Positions 1 to 9,553 of a stretch of 64,000 bases of DNA are shown in pieces. The stretch's first letter is position 1. Every line of letters starts with the position of its first letter. The stretch is from positions 120,519-184,518 of the forward strand of contig JBEKDT010000009.1 in NCBI GenBank assembly GCA_050014195.1. The letters are read 5' to 3'. Position numbers and translations under genes: made by a program. The notes under the pieces were generated by a model. That model was not told the origin of the DNA. It did not search any database and worked only from the letters and a program-made list of their open reading frames with translations. The DNA is from Desulfomonilia bacterium (lineage in GTDB: Bacteria; Desulfobacterota; Desulfomonilia; UBA1062).

Positions 1-1896
1 GAGGATGTACTTGTATACTTTTTGAGCTGCTTCCAAGTTTCCTGAGCCCTGCTGGAGTAAGGCGATCATCATGGCGGCAGTCATGTCATTCGGGTTTTTG
101 TTCAGGATTTTTTCATATTCATCCAATGCATTCTTTATCATGTTGTTCCGGGCATAGTATTGGGCCAGGGCATGGTAGAAGGCGTCTTTTTTCGGATCGA
201 GCTCTATTGCCTTCTTTATCTCTGACAGGGCTTCGTCTTTCTTCCCTGAATCTTCAAGCAGGGCAGAGAGAACCATGTGGCAACTTGCCGTATCTGAATT
301 GGCACAGATGCCTTTTATCTTTTTAATAGCCTCTTGCCATCCAATAACCCCAGGTGAGGTGTATGCAAAGAGTGCCAAGGCCTCGTCATTGTGTGGGTAA
401 AGGGTAGCTGCACGCTCAGCTATGGGGTAAGCACTCTTCTTATCATTTTGATCAAGATAGTAAAGGAGTTGGGCATGGAGTGTGATCCAGTCATTGGGAG
501 CTGTGTCTTTAAGGGATCGGATATACGGCAGGGCCGCCTGTGGCCCCGATGATCTTAGGGCAGAGAGTGCACCGATATAGAGTATATCAGGGACGATAAT
601 CTTGTGTTTGACGAGAAGATCTGTTTCTTCAAGGGCCTCTTTGAATTCACCCTGGAGGAAGCGGATCCTTGCCATCATAGTATGGAGCTGTATATTCTGA
701 GCATTCTCCCGAAGAGAATAATCAACGAGCTCCTGCGCTTTTTTCACTTCGCCTTTCATAAGGTAGGCCTGAGCTGCCGTTGAAGCCACACCAGGGCTTG
801 CAGGGGCGACCTTCAATGGCTCACTGAGTACTTCAATAGCCTTTTTGCTGTCCTTTTCCGCAATGTATATCTGCGCAAGAATAATTCTTGACTGGATATC
901 TTTGGTGTCTTTCTCAACTGTCTCAGTAAGCAGTTTTTTCGCCCCTGAACTATCTTTCTTGTCCAGGAGGATCTGCGCAATGAGGATACGGATCTGAGTT
1001 GTGTCCTTAAGATTACGAGCCATCTGGGCAGTCTTCAAGGCTCCGTCCAGGTCACGCTTTTGGTGGAGGATAGAGGACTCAAGGAGATATGGTTCAGGAT
1101 TTTTTGGGGAGTTTTTCTTCATTGCTTCAAGTTGGTTCTGATAAAGATCAGCCATGTTATGGCGGGAGTAGAACAATGCCAGAGCAACCCCGGCAGAGAT
1201 GTTGTTACCCGATGCATGATATGCATCTTCAGCCCACTTCCTGGCACTCATGAGATCATTTTTGAATGCATAAATGTCGCTGGCAATAAAACGCAATCTG
1301 GTTGATTTGGGGAACAGTGCAGATCCCTTGTTTACCAAGGCAAGGGCATCATCAATTCTACCCACAGGCATGTACATCTGAATGGTATTTATATACATGT
1401 CTTCGGTAGGGCTTTTTATGCTCAGGAGTTCTTCCATGACCTTGATCCCCTGTTCCCTCTTACCGTTCATAAAAAGGGATTGAGCCAGGACTTCTTTTGC
1501 AAGGGTATTTGGGGGATCGGTTTGAAGGATAGTAGAAGCCTGTTTTTCAGCCGGATCATATTTTTTTGCGAGCAACAGCATGGAAGCGAGGTATTCTCTG
1601 GACTTCACATTCTTAGGGTCGGCTTGAGATGCCCTTGAGAAGGCTGTATATGCCTCCTGCGGATGGTTCAGCTTGAGCTGGGCTTCACCGAGGCTGATAA
1701 GTGTCTTGACATCATCAGGAGTAATCTTGAGAGCATTCTGGTACTGGATTGCCGCCTCAGCATATTTCCCCCGGTCAAGATATTTCTGAGCGCTTGAGAT
1801 GTAGTCTTTCCGTTTTTCTTCAGGGCTTTTGCTGCACCCTGTGAGAATAACTATTGATATGATAAAAAAAATCGAGAGTAGGGATACCCTCTTCAT
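1..1896 (-). CDS. TPR-repeat lipoprotein, PrsT-like (PEP-CTERM/exosortase-associated); runs off the left edge
   Basis: Absent from the ORF track, consistent with no stop inside the window. N-terminal part translated by hand from ATG 1896: MKRVSLLSIFFIISIVILTGCSKSPEEKRKDYISSAQKYLDRGKYAEAAIQYQNALKITPDD. Lipobox LTGC followed by TPR repeats; GGGAGG RBS upstream. Confidence 0.8.
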   Translation of the reverse strand, partial: MKRVSLLSIFFIISIVILTGCSKSPEEKRKDYISSAQKYLDRGKYAEAAIQYQNALKITPDDVKTLISLGEAQLKLNHPQEAYTAFSRASQADPKNVKSREYLASMLLLAKKYDPAEKQASTILQTDPPNTLAKEVLAQSLFMNGKREQGIKVMEELLSIKSPTEDMYINTIQMYMPVGRIDDALALVNKGSALFPKSTRLRFIASDIYAFKNDLMSARKWAEDAYHASGNNISAGVALALFYSRHNMADLYQNQLEAMKKNSPKNPEPYLLESSILHQKRDLDGALKTAQMARNLKDTTQIRILIAQILLDKKDSSGAKKLLTETVEKDTKDIQSRIILAQIYIAEKDSKKAIEVLSEPLKVAPASPGVASTAAQAYLMKGEVKKAQELVDYSLRENAQNIQLHTMMARIRFLQGEFKEALEETDLLVKHKIIVPDILYIGALSALRSSGPQAALPYIRSLKDTAPNDWITLHAQLLYYLDQNDKKSAYPIAERAATLYPHNDEALALFAYTSPGVIGWQEAIKKIKGICANSDTASCHMVLSALLEDSGKKDEALSEIKKAIELDPKKDAFYHALAQYYARNNMIKNALDEYEKILNKNPNDMTAAMMIALLQQGSGNLEAAQKVYKYIL

Positions 1897-2030
1897 AAGC
1901 CCTCCCATGGTTGATATACGCTCGATAACATAGTCAATAGCACAGGAAAAGCAATAACAAACATGGATATATTGACTTCCCCTCCTCCGGATACTATGAA
2001 AAGACTGAAATCTCTCAAGGGAGTAAAAGA

Positions 2031-2723
2031 ATGTTCTTAGATCCGCTCTATATCATGATGATTGTCCCTACGTTTTTGTTAAGCCTTTTTGCACAGATCA
2101 AGGTTAAATCATCATATAAACGATATTCACAAATACCAACATCCCGTGGAGTAACAGGTGCACAGGCTGCCCGCCTCATCCTCGATGCCCAGGGTATACG
2201 GGATGTATCTATTGAGCTTGGCAGTGGGTTTCTCTCTGATCATTACGATCCCCGCAGCAGGGTTTTACGGCTTTCTGAATCCGTTTATGCAGGAGATTCT
2301 CTGGCAAGCGTTGGTGTTGCAGCTCACGAGGCCGGCCATGCCATTCAACATGCACGGGGCTATATGCCGCTCCAGCTCAGAAGCGCCCTGGTGCCTCTTT
2401 CCTCCCTGGGTTCCAACCTTGCATGGCCGTTGCTTCTCATCGGGTTCATCTTCATGGCAAAATCCCTCATTATAGCAGGGATCTTGTTCTTCAGCTTGGC
2501 GGTGCTCTTCCAGCTCATAACCCTGCCTGTGGAGTTCAATGCCTCCTCCAGGGCCTTGGATGCACTGCCTGCAACAGGCATCCTCACCGATATGGAGGTC
2601 AGCGGAGCCAGGAAGGTTTTAACAGCAGCTGCGCTCACCTATGTGGCAGCAGCCGCTACTTCTATTGTCCAACTTTTATACTTTCTCCTTCGTTCAGGCC
2701 TCTTGGGTGGCAGTGATGAATGA
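2031..2723 (+). CDS. Membrane zinc metallopeptidase, YugP/Zn_peptidase_2 family
   Basis: LSDHYDP, AAHEAGHAIQH (HExxH), TLPVEFNASSRA, AAALTYVAA motifs. Confidence 0.9.
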   Translation: MFLDPLYIMMIVPTFLLSLFAQIKVKSSYKRYSQIPTSRGVTGAQAARLILDAQGIRDVSIELGSGFLSDHYDPRSRVLRLSESVYAGDSLASVGVAAHEAGHAIQHARGYMPLQLRSALVPLSSLGSNLAWPLLLIGFIFMAKSLIIAGILFFSLAVLFQLITLPVEFNASSRALDALPATGILTDMEVSGARKVLTAAALTYVAAAATSIVQLLYFLLRSGLLGGSDE

Positions 2724-2794
2724 TCCTTCTCATGTGCAATATACACAGCCACACGAACATTCTTTAACATATGGAATCGAGCAAGAGGGGCTAT

Positions 2795-2822
2795 TTAAAT
2801 AATAATATGTTTTTACCGATGT
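2795..2822 (+). promoter_or_regulatory. Possible sigma28-type promoter of the sugar transferase gene
   Basis: TTAAA-N15-ACCGATGT, same spacing as the other copies in the window but weaker matches. Confidence 0.35.
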
Positions 2823-2830
2823 AGGGTATA

Positions 2831-4183
2831 ATGAGAAGGTTCTTTTCGACAGGCATTCTTTTTATATTTGATATTGCTGTTGCAGGCGGATCTGTATTCC
2901 TTGCTAAGTATATCCAAATGTTTCTTCCTGGAGTAAGCCTTCCGGATGAACTTTTATGGTTAAAGGCATGTGTTTATTCCATTATCACAATAATCTGTTT
3001 TTATTTTCAAGACCTTTATGACTGGAAATACTGGAAGAAGCCATCAGAACTTATTTCTTCAATCCTCCTCGGTGAAGGTTTAACGCTGATCATCCTTGCA
3101 TTCAGCTACTATATTCTCCCCACCATTGGTCTTGAAAGAGATGTGCTCCTTATGGCTATTGCCATTATATCCGTCTCTTCATTCATGTTTCGTATGCTCT
3201 ATCTTAAACTAAGATTAACCCATTATACGGGTATGAGGGTTGTTGTCTTAGGAGATGGAGAGAATGCCAAGTTCCTGTTTCGAGAGATACGTTCCGGTGG
3301 CCACCCTGTCATCTTTGAAGGATACATCGGTCGGAATAATTGGGATTTGCCCCTGCGGTGCCTGGGGGATGCCTCTGAGCTTGCAGATATTCTAAATAAA
3401 ATAGATCCGGATGTCCTTGTAGTAGCACCTGATGGATGGCGGGGAACATTGCCCATCGAGGATCTACTCCGGGTAAAGTTTACCCTGTGCGATGTTATTG
3501 ATAGCCCGACCTTCTATGAACAAGTCACCGGCAGGATCCTTGTTGAAGAAATACGGCCCAGTTCTATTATTTTTACAAGGGGGTTTCAGAGCTCACGATT
3601 CGAGGACCTCCTCAAGCGAATGTTCGACCTGGTGTTTGCCTTGGTTGGGCTTATCGTAACAATCCCTGTCATACTATTTACTGCGATGGCCATCCGGATC
3701 GAATCTCCTGGCCCCATCTTCTATCTCCAGCGCAGGGTTGGCATGGATGGGAAGGATTTCAAGGTGATTAAGTTCAGATCCATGCGTCAGGATGCAGAGA
3801 AGGATGGCCCCAAATGGGCCAGTGAGAACGACCCGCGGATTACCCATGTGGGCAGGGTCATTAGGAAGCTGAGGATTGATGAGTTGCCCCAGTTTATCAA
3901 TGTAATAAAAAACGACATGAGCTTTGTCGGACCACGTCCCGAGAGGCGTTATTTTGTCGACCAGCTCGAAAAGGCCATCCCCTTCTATGCCTTACGAATG
4001 CATGCCAAACCGGGGATTACAGGCTGGGCCCAGATTAATTACCCGTATGGCGATACCTTCGAAGACGCCAAGGAAAAGCTCAAGTTTGAGCTCTATTATA
4101 TGAAGCACCGTTCTCTGTGGCTTGATCTTGTAATCATATTCCAGACTATCAAGGTAGCGATTAAGGGAAGGGGATCTCAGTAG
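2831..4183 (+). CDS. Polyprenyl-phosphate priming sugar transferase (WcaJ-like, PEP-CTERM/EPS-associated type)
   Basis: N-terminal TM helices; C-terminal KRMFD, KFRSM, DPRIT, RIDELPQ, MSFVGPRPER, KPGITGWAQ. Confidence 0.9.
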   Translation: MRRFFSTGILFIFDIAVAGGSVFLAKYIQMFLPGVSLPDELLWLKACVYSIITIICFYFQDLYDWKYWKKPSELISSILLGEGLTLIILAFSYYILPTIGLERDVLLMAIAIISVSSFMFRMLYLKLRLTHYTGMRVVVLGDGENAKFLFREIRSGGHPVIFEGYIGRNNWDLPLRCLGDASELADILNKIDPDVLVVAPDGWRGTLPIEDLLRVKFTLCDVIDSPTFYEQVTGRILVEEIRPSSIIFTRGFQSSRFEDLLKRMFDLVFALVGLIVTIPVILFTAMAIRIESPGPIFYLQRRVGMDGKDFKVIKFRSMRQDAEKDGPKWASENDPRITHVGRVIRKLRIDELPQFINVIKNDMSFVGPRPERRYFVDQLEKAIPFYALRMHAKPGITGWAQINYPYGDTFEDAKEKLKFELYYMKHRSLWLDLVIIFQTIKVAIKGRGSQ

Positions 4184-4195
4184 GCAGTGACGAGT

Positions 4196-4215
4196 GGAGG
4201 AGCGGTTTTAGCCGC
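4196..4215 (+). repeat. Degenerate GTAG-family REP-like palindrome between convergent genes
   Basis: GGAGGAGCGGTTTTAGCCGC resembles GTAGGAGCGGCTTTAAGCCGCGA at 63777. Confidence 0.45.
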
Positions 4216-4249
4216 ACTTGCCTGACCGGACATCAAGATCCCTTTTGCC

Positions 4250-4996
4250 TTATAAACTACTCAGGATCAATGGCCCGTTTGCGGTAATTGCAATGCTGTG
4301 CTCGAAATGTGCGGATAGCGACCCATCGGCGGTTACGGCGGTCCAACCGTCTTTCAGGATGTTCACTTTCCAGGTTCCTTCGTTCACCATGGGCTCTATG
4401 GCGAACGTCATCCCTTCCTGCAGGACCGGGCCGGTACCCCTTTTACCGAAATTGGGGATCTGGGGGTCTTCGTGGAGGCTTCTCCCGATACCGTGGCCGA
4501 CGAATTCTCTCACCACATAAAATCCTGCAGATTCAACTACCTTCTGGATCGCTACAGAGATATCGTGCAAACGATTCCCGACAACCGCCTGTTTTATGCC
4601 TTCGTAGAGGGCCTTTTCGGTAACCTCCATCAAACGCAATGCCTTCCTCGATACATCACCGACCGGATAGGTTTTGGAGGAGTCAGAGTAGAAACCATCA
4701 CGTAATGTCCCAACATCAATGCTGATGATATCACCGGTCATTAGTTTGCGGGGGCCTGGAATGCCGTGGATAACCTCCTCATTGATGGAGGTGCATAACG
4801 TAGCAGGGTATCCCCGGTAACCTTTGAATGCTGGAACAGCATTATGTGAGAGAATAAAGATCTCTGCTTCATTGTCGAGCTCGGCAGTGGTGATGCCGGG
4901 TTTGATCATAGGCCCCAAGTGTTCGAACAGGAGTGCCAGAATCCTGTTCCCCTCCCGCATAACAGCGATTTCCTGGGGGGTCTTGAGGATGATCAT
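4250..4996 (-). CDS. map: Methionine aminopeptidase type I
   Basis: CTSINEEVIHGIP, GHGIG, HEDP, AIEPM, SAHFEHS. Confidence 0.97.
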   Translation of the reverse strand: MIILKTPQEIAVMREGNRILALLFEHLGPMIKPGITTAELDNEAEIFILSHNAVPAFKGYRGYPATLCTSINEEVIHGIPGPRKLMTGDIISIDVGTLRDGFYSDSSKTYPVGDVSRKALRLMEVTEKALYEGIKQAVVGNRLHDISVAIQKVVESAGFYVVREFVGHGIGRSLHEDPQIPNFGKRGTGPVLQEGMTFAIEPMVNEGTWKVNILKDGWTAVTADGSLSAHFEHSIAITANGPLILSSL

Positions 4997-5871
4997 CCAT
5001 CCAGGACCTTTTTCAATGGATATTCGATGATACCACGGGCACCCGCCTTCAGGAGCTCCGGCATCAATGAGCGTGATTGTGATTCGTTGATGATGATCTC
5101 CAGCGAATACCAGTTCGGGTCATGAAGCGGCGAGACCGTGGGCGAAGTAATGGCAGGCAGCATCTTGATGACGGCCTCCAGTTTATCTTTCGGTGCATTC
5201 ATCTTCAACCCTACCATGCCTGTGGCCTGCAGAGCTGCCTTTAGCATGAGCGAGATCTGTTCGATTTTGGTACGTTTCTTGGGGTCCTTCCAGGTCTCTT
5301 TGTTGGCAATGAGCTTGGTATTTGTTATGAGGAGGATATCTACAATCCTCAGATTGTGTGCCTTGATTGTTGATCCAGTCTCGGTTACTTCCACGATGGC
5401 ATCCGCCAGGCCTTCCACAACCTTTGCCTCGGTGGCACCCCAGGAGAATTCCACCTCGACATTTATGTTCTTTTCTCTGAAGAACTTCTTGGTGAAATTC
5501 ACTAATTCTGTGGCGATCTTCTTGCCTTCGAGGTCTTCAAGCTTCTGGATGCGTGATTTCTCATCAACGGCCAGTACCCACTTGGCAGGCTTGTAGGTGG
5601 CCTTTGAATAGATGAGGTCAGCTACCTCCACGACATCGGATTCGTTTTCGAGGATCCAGTCCTTGCCGGTGAGTGCAAGATCAAACAGGCCTGATTCCAC
5701 ATAACGCGAGACCTCTTGGGCCCTCACAAGGGCACATTCAATGTCGGAATCATCAATGGATGGGAAATAGCTGCGTGATGAGGTGCCGATGATCCAACCC
5801 GCATCCTTAAACAGCTCGATAGTGGAAGTCTGCAAGCTTCCCTTGGGGATGGCAAGACGTATCAAGCTCAT
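4993..5871 (-). CDS. hisG: ATP phosphoribosyltransferase, long form
   Basis: [33 protein letters not shown] and a C-terminal regulatory domain (SPTVSPL). Confidence 0.96.
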   Translation of the reverse strand: MSLIRLAIPKGSLQTSTIELFKDAGWIIGTSSRSYFPSIDDSDIECALVRAQEVSRYVESGLFDLALTGKDWILENESDVVEVADLIYSKATYKPAKWVLAVDEKSRIQKLEDLEGKKIATELVNFTKKFFREKNINVEVEFSWGATEAKVVEGLADAIVEVTETGSTIKAHNLRIVDILLITNTKLIANKETWKDPKKRTKIEQISLMLKAALQATGMVGLKMNAPKDKLEAVIKMLPAITSPTVSPLHDPNWYSLEIIINESQSRSLMPELLKAGARGIIEYPLKKVLDG

Positions 5872-6248
5872 CTCTTATATACCTCTTTGGGGTCAAAGAC
5901 CCTGACACCGTCTTCTATCAGGGTCCCGTTCTCTATCTTCCGGAAGAAGCATGATCGATTACCGGTGTGGCAGGCTGCTCCCCCGATCTGATTCACCTTG
6001 AGCAATATAGTGTCCCGGTCGCAGTCAATCCGGACCTCAACGATATCCTGTACGTTGCCGGATTCTTCTCCCTTTCTCCAGAGCTTGTTTCGTGATCGGC
6101 TGAAGTAGCATGCCCTGCCGGTGCGGAGTGTCTCTTCGAAGGACTCCTGGTTCATGTAGGCAAGCATAAGGACCTCGCCGGTGGCGGCATCTTGTGCTAT
6201 AGCAGGGACAAGCCCGCCTGACTTAGCGAAATCGACCGGTATCTCCAT
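5868..6248 (-). CDS. hisI: Phosphoribosyl-AMP cyclohydrolase
   Basis: [38 protein letters not shown]. Confidence 0.97.
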   Translation of the reverse strand: MEIPVDFAKSGGLVPAIAQDAATGEVLMLAYMNQESFEETLRTGRACYFSRSRNKLWRKGEESGNVQDIVEVRIDCDRDTILLKVNQIGGAACHTGNRSCFFRKIENGTLIEDGVRVFDPKEVYKR

Positions 6249-6335
6249 GAAATGCCTCCTTAAGAGCTGAGCCTTAACAGGTTTTCGTAAAATGTGTCAA
6301 GAGTGCATGTCCCTGCATCACGAGGCTTAGATCCA

Positions 6336-7697
6336 TTATGGCTTGTGGATACTCAAGCCGGATACATCTTCTGCCGCTTCCTTGAGCAGCTCTGCCATAG
6401 TGGGGTGAGGATAGTGCGGCATGAGGAATTCCTCGATATACAATCCCTGTTCAATGGCGAGTGCTGCCAAGGAGATGAGCTCAGTAGCATGGGGGGCCAT
6501 AATGGTAATCCGTTCTATTTTTCCTTCACCGCTGCAATAAACCGTTGCAAATCCATCCGATGCCTCCATGGTCCGCGCCCTGCCCAGGGCGGATACCGGG
6601 AATGTCCCTCTTTTCCCATGAGCGGTATCCATTTGATCCATCTGCTTGCCCACTGAGGCGATCTCGGGATTTGTAAAGATCACCGATGGGATTGCGGAGT
6701 AGTTCATGATTTTCGTGCCGCCGGTGATGGTATCTACGGCAACGGCAGCCTCCTTTGCCGCTACATAGGCATACATCTGAGAACCGGTCACATCACCAAC
6801 TGCATATATTCCAGGTATGTTTGTGCGCATGGAGCGGTCAACTTTGATACCATTTGATGCGGTGAGGGCAAGGTGTAAAGGCTGGATACCATTGGGGATG
6901 ACCGGCTCTCTTCCGATGCAGAGCAGGATGCCATCTCCTGTAACGGTTTCCATACCGCCTGATTTCTCTATAGTAAGATTGAAGCCGGAGGGCTTTTTAA
7001 TGGTTGTTATCCGGCCTGAGGTGATGAAGCGCACCTTCTTATACTGTGAGACCAGCTGTTTTGATATCTCTTCATCCTCTGTGGCCAGGATCCTATCCAG
7101 TGCCTCGATGACAGTCACTTCAGCGCCCAGGTTTGAAAACACATGGGTCATCTCGAGGCCGATCACTCCGCCTCCTATAATTATGAGAGAGGAAGGAAGC
7201 TGTTTGAGATCGAAGATATCATCACTTGTCAGGATACCTTCGAGTTCAAACAGGGCTGGCTTCTTCGGCCGTGAACCGGTGGCAATGATGATTGAGGAGG
7301 AAATGATGTGTTCCTCTCCAACATGAATGGAATTCTCAGATTCGAAATCGGCGTATCCCTTGAAGATGTCAACCCCGGCTTGGCTGAGCAGAAACTCTAT
7401 CCCCTTGACAAGCCGCGTCACGATCCTTACTTTGCGTTTATGCAGGTTTTCAAGTGCTATTGTGGCAGTCCCTGCATCGATCCCGAACCTCTGGGCGTTT
7501 TTCATATGAATATAAAGATTGATGCTTTCTATATAGCTCTTGGCAGGAATGCACCCCAGGTTTGTGCAGGTGCCTCCGAAATGTGAGCCTTCAGCGATCC
7601 CGACACGAAGACCTTTTTTTGCCCCGAGCAGTGCAGCGGTGTATCCGCCCGGACCACCGCCGATGACGAATAGATCATAACGTTTTTGTGTGTTCAT
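6336..7697 (-). CDS. lpdA: Dihydrolipoyl dehydrogenase
   Basis: GGGPGG FAD motif, GGTCTNLGCIP redox disulfide, GGGVIGLE NAD motif, HPTMAE. Confidence 0.88.
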   Translation of the reverse strand: MNTQKRYDLFVIGGGPGGYTAALLGAKKGLRVGIAEGSHFGGTCTNLGCIPAKSYIESINLYIHMKNAQRFGIDAGTATIALENLHKRKVRIVTRLVKGIEFLLSQAGVDIFKGYADFESENSIHVGEEHIISSSIIIATGSRPKKPALFELEGILTSDDIFDLKQLPSSLIIIGGGVIGLEMTHVFSNLGAEVTVIEALDRILATEDEEISKQLVSQYKKVRFITSGRITTIKKPSGFNLTIEKSGGMETVTGDGILLCIGREPVIPNGIQPLHLALTASNGIKVDRSMRTNIPGIYAVGDVTGSQMYAYVAAKEAAVAVDTITGGTKIMNYSAIPSVIFTNPEIASVGKQMDQMDTAHGKRGTFPVSALGRARTMEASDGFATVYCSGEGKIERITIMAPHATELISLAALAIEQGLYIEEFLMPHYPHPTMAELLKEAAEDVSGLSIHKP

Positions 7698-8026
7698 GAT
7701 CCGCTCTTTTTTCTCTTCTTTCCAGGAATGGGGTAGAATACATCGATGAAAGAATGCTTGAAGACCTTTAACGCCTCCCTGTGTATTACCAGCATCTCCC
7801 TGCGAATGAGGGCGAGCTTGTGGAGCTCATTGAACTTATCCACAAGGGAGTTGTATTCTTCAATGCTTCGAGCCTGATTCATAAATACCTCAAGTTCCTT
7901 GAGCTGATTCAGAACGGACTCGAGTTGATAACCCGAGTGTCCCAGGGCCTTGGCCATCTCCTCAAGGATCTCTTCTTGCGTCTTGTCAACGCTGTCCTTT
8001 GCCACATCTTGGCCTATAACACACAA
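7694..8026 (-). CDS. Hypothetical helical protein; true start may be GTG at 8005
   Basis: 4-nt overlap with the lpdA start; amphipathic helical sequence. Confidence 0.65.
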   Translation of the reverse strand: MCVIGQDVAKDSVDKTQEEILEEMAKALGHSGYQLESVLNQLKELEVFMNQARSIEEYNSLVDKFNELHKLALIRREMLVIHREALKVFKHSFIDVFYPIPGKKRKKSGS

Positions 8027-8138
8027 GATCCCTGCCGCGAAAGACCTCGGACGATCTCCTGAGCAGAAGCAAGAGGAAACATACAGCTAGTATATTTTCC
8101 TGAGCGATTATATGATAAGATCATGATGTCCTTGGGGA

Positions 8139-8166
8139 TAAAGAATCTCCTTCCGAAATCCGATAA
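8139..8166 (+). promoter_or_regulatory. Sigma28-type promoter upstream of pfk
   Basis: TAAAG-N15-TCCGATAA ending 22 nt before the ATG. Confidence 0.6.
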
Positions 8167-8188
8167 GTAAGTATATGCGGAGGGTTAA

Positions 8189-9505
8189 ATGAATCTTGAT
8201 ATATTCTCAGATCACATCGACACCACGATCCAGTCATTGGGTAAACCGACAATAGAGTCCCCAGTGAGGGGAACCACGATCTTTGTTGAAGATAATGAGC
8301 GGGTTATCATCGATACCTCGCTGGCATTTTTTAATAGGTGTTCAAGCGGCGATTCTGCGCCGATGTCTTTTGAGCTGGCAGGACCCCGCAGAAAGATATT
8401 CTTTGATCCTTCCAAGACCAAGTGCGGCATTGTGACATGCGGTGGGCTCTGTCCAGGCATCAATGATGTGATCAGGAGCATTGTGCTTGAGCTCTACCAT
8501 GCCTACAGCGTGGAGAATATTTATGGTATCACGTATGGACTCCAGGGGTTCATCCCGAAATACAAGCATCCGCTTGTCGAACTCACTCCTGCATATGTTG
8601 AGCACATCCATGGAATGGGAGGCACCGTGCTCGGGTCCTCTCGCGGGTCTGAGGATATCTCAGAGATCGTGGATGCCATTGAGCGGTTGAATATGAATAT
8701 CGTGTTCTTCATCGGTGGCGACGGTACATTGAAGGCATCCTCCGCAGTTGCAAAGGAGGCCTTAGACCGGGGATTCAAGTGCTCGATCATCACAGTGCCC
8801 AAGACCATAGATAATGACATCTATTTCGTCTCCAAGACATTCGGGTTCGATACCGCCGTGGAGGAGGCCAGGAGGGTGATCCAGAGCGCACATGTAGAGG
8901 CGAGGGGGGCACCAAACGGCATTGGGCTTGTCAAGGTAATGGGCAGGGATTCAGGGTTCATTGCAGCCAATGCCGCCCTTGCATCCCGGGATGCCAACTT
9001 CGTGCTCGTACCTGAGGAGGACTTTGATCTTGATGGAGATAATGGCTTCCTGGAGACGCTCGAGATAAGACTCAATTCAAGAGGCCATGCCGTGGTCGTA
9101 GTGGCCGAAGGTGCCGGCCAGAAGTTCTTTAAGGATCTCCCTGAAGAGAAAGACGCCTCCGGTAATGTAAAAAAACATGATATTGGTCAATATCTCAAGG
9201 AGCAGATCGAACGCTACTTTCGAACCCACGATATGCCCATGAATCTCAAGTACCTCGAACCAAGCTATATGATCCGGAGTGTGGTTGCGAATGCAGCCGA
9301 CTCCATCTTTTGCGGGTTCCTTGCCCAGATGGCGGTCCATGCCGGAATGAGCGGAAAAACCGATATGTTGATTGGGTTGTGGAATAATGTATATGTACAT
9401 ATACCCAATGCAATCTGTATGAAGGGAAGGAAGACGATCGATACAAACGGGCCTTTGTGGATGAGCGTTAGGGAATCAACAGGGCAGCCCATCATGAGGA
9501 ATTAG
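8189..9505 (+). CDS. pfkA: ATP-dependent 6-phosphofructokinase (long, group X type)
   Basis: TCGGLCPG, GGTVLGSSRG, GGDGT, PKTIDND, MGRDSGFIA. Confidence 0.92.
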   Translation: MNLDIFSDHIDTTIQSLGKPTIESPVRGTTIFVEDNERVIIDTSLAFFNRCSSGDSAPMSFELAGPRRKIFFDPSKTKCGIVTCGGLCPGINDVIRSIVLELYHAYSVENIYGITYGLQGFIPKYKHPLVELTPAYVEHIHGMGGTVLGSSRGSEDISEIVDAIERLNMNIVFFIGGDGTLKASSAVAKEALDRGFKCSIITVPKTIDNDIYFVSKTFGFDTAVEEARRVIQSAHVEARGAPNGIGLVKVMGRDSGFIAANAALASRDANFVLVPEEDFDLDGDNGFLETLEIRLNSRGHAVVVVAEGAGQKFFKDLPEEKDASGNVKKHDIGQYLKEQIERYFRTHDMPMNLKYLEPSYMIRSVVANAADSIFCGFLAQMAVHAGMSGKTDMLIGLWNNVYVHIPNAICMKGRKTIDTNGPLWMSVRESTGQPIMRN

Positions 9506-9553
9506 AGGATAGTCCTTCAAGGGGCCTGGGCTTTGATCGAAAAGGAGCTGGCT

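Noticed and set aside
126-1305. Plus-strand ORFs 126-326 and 1060-1305
   Set aside because: They lie antisense within the minus-strand TPR lipoprotein gene.
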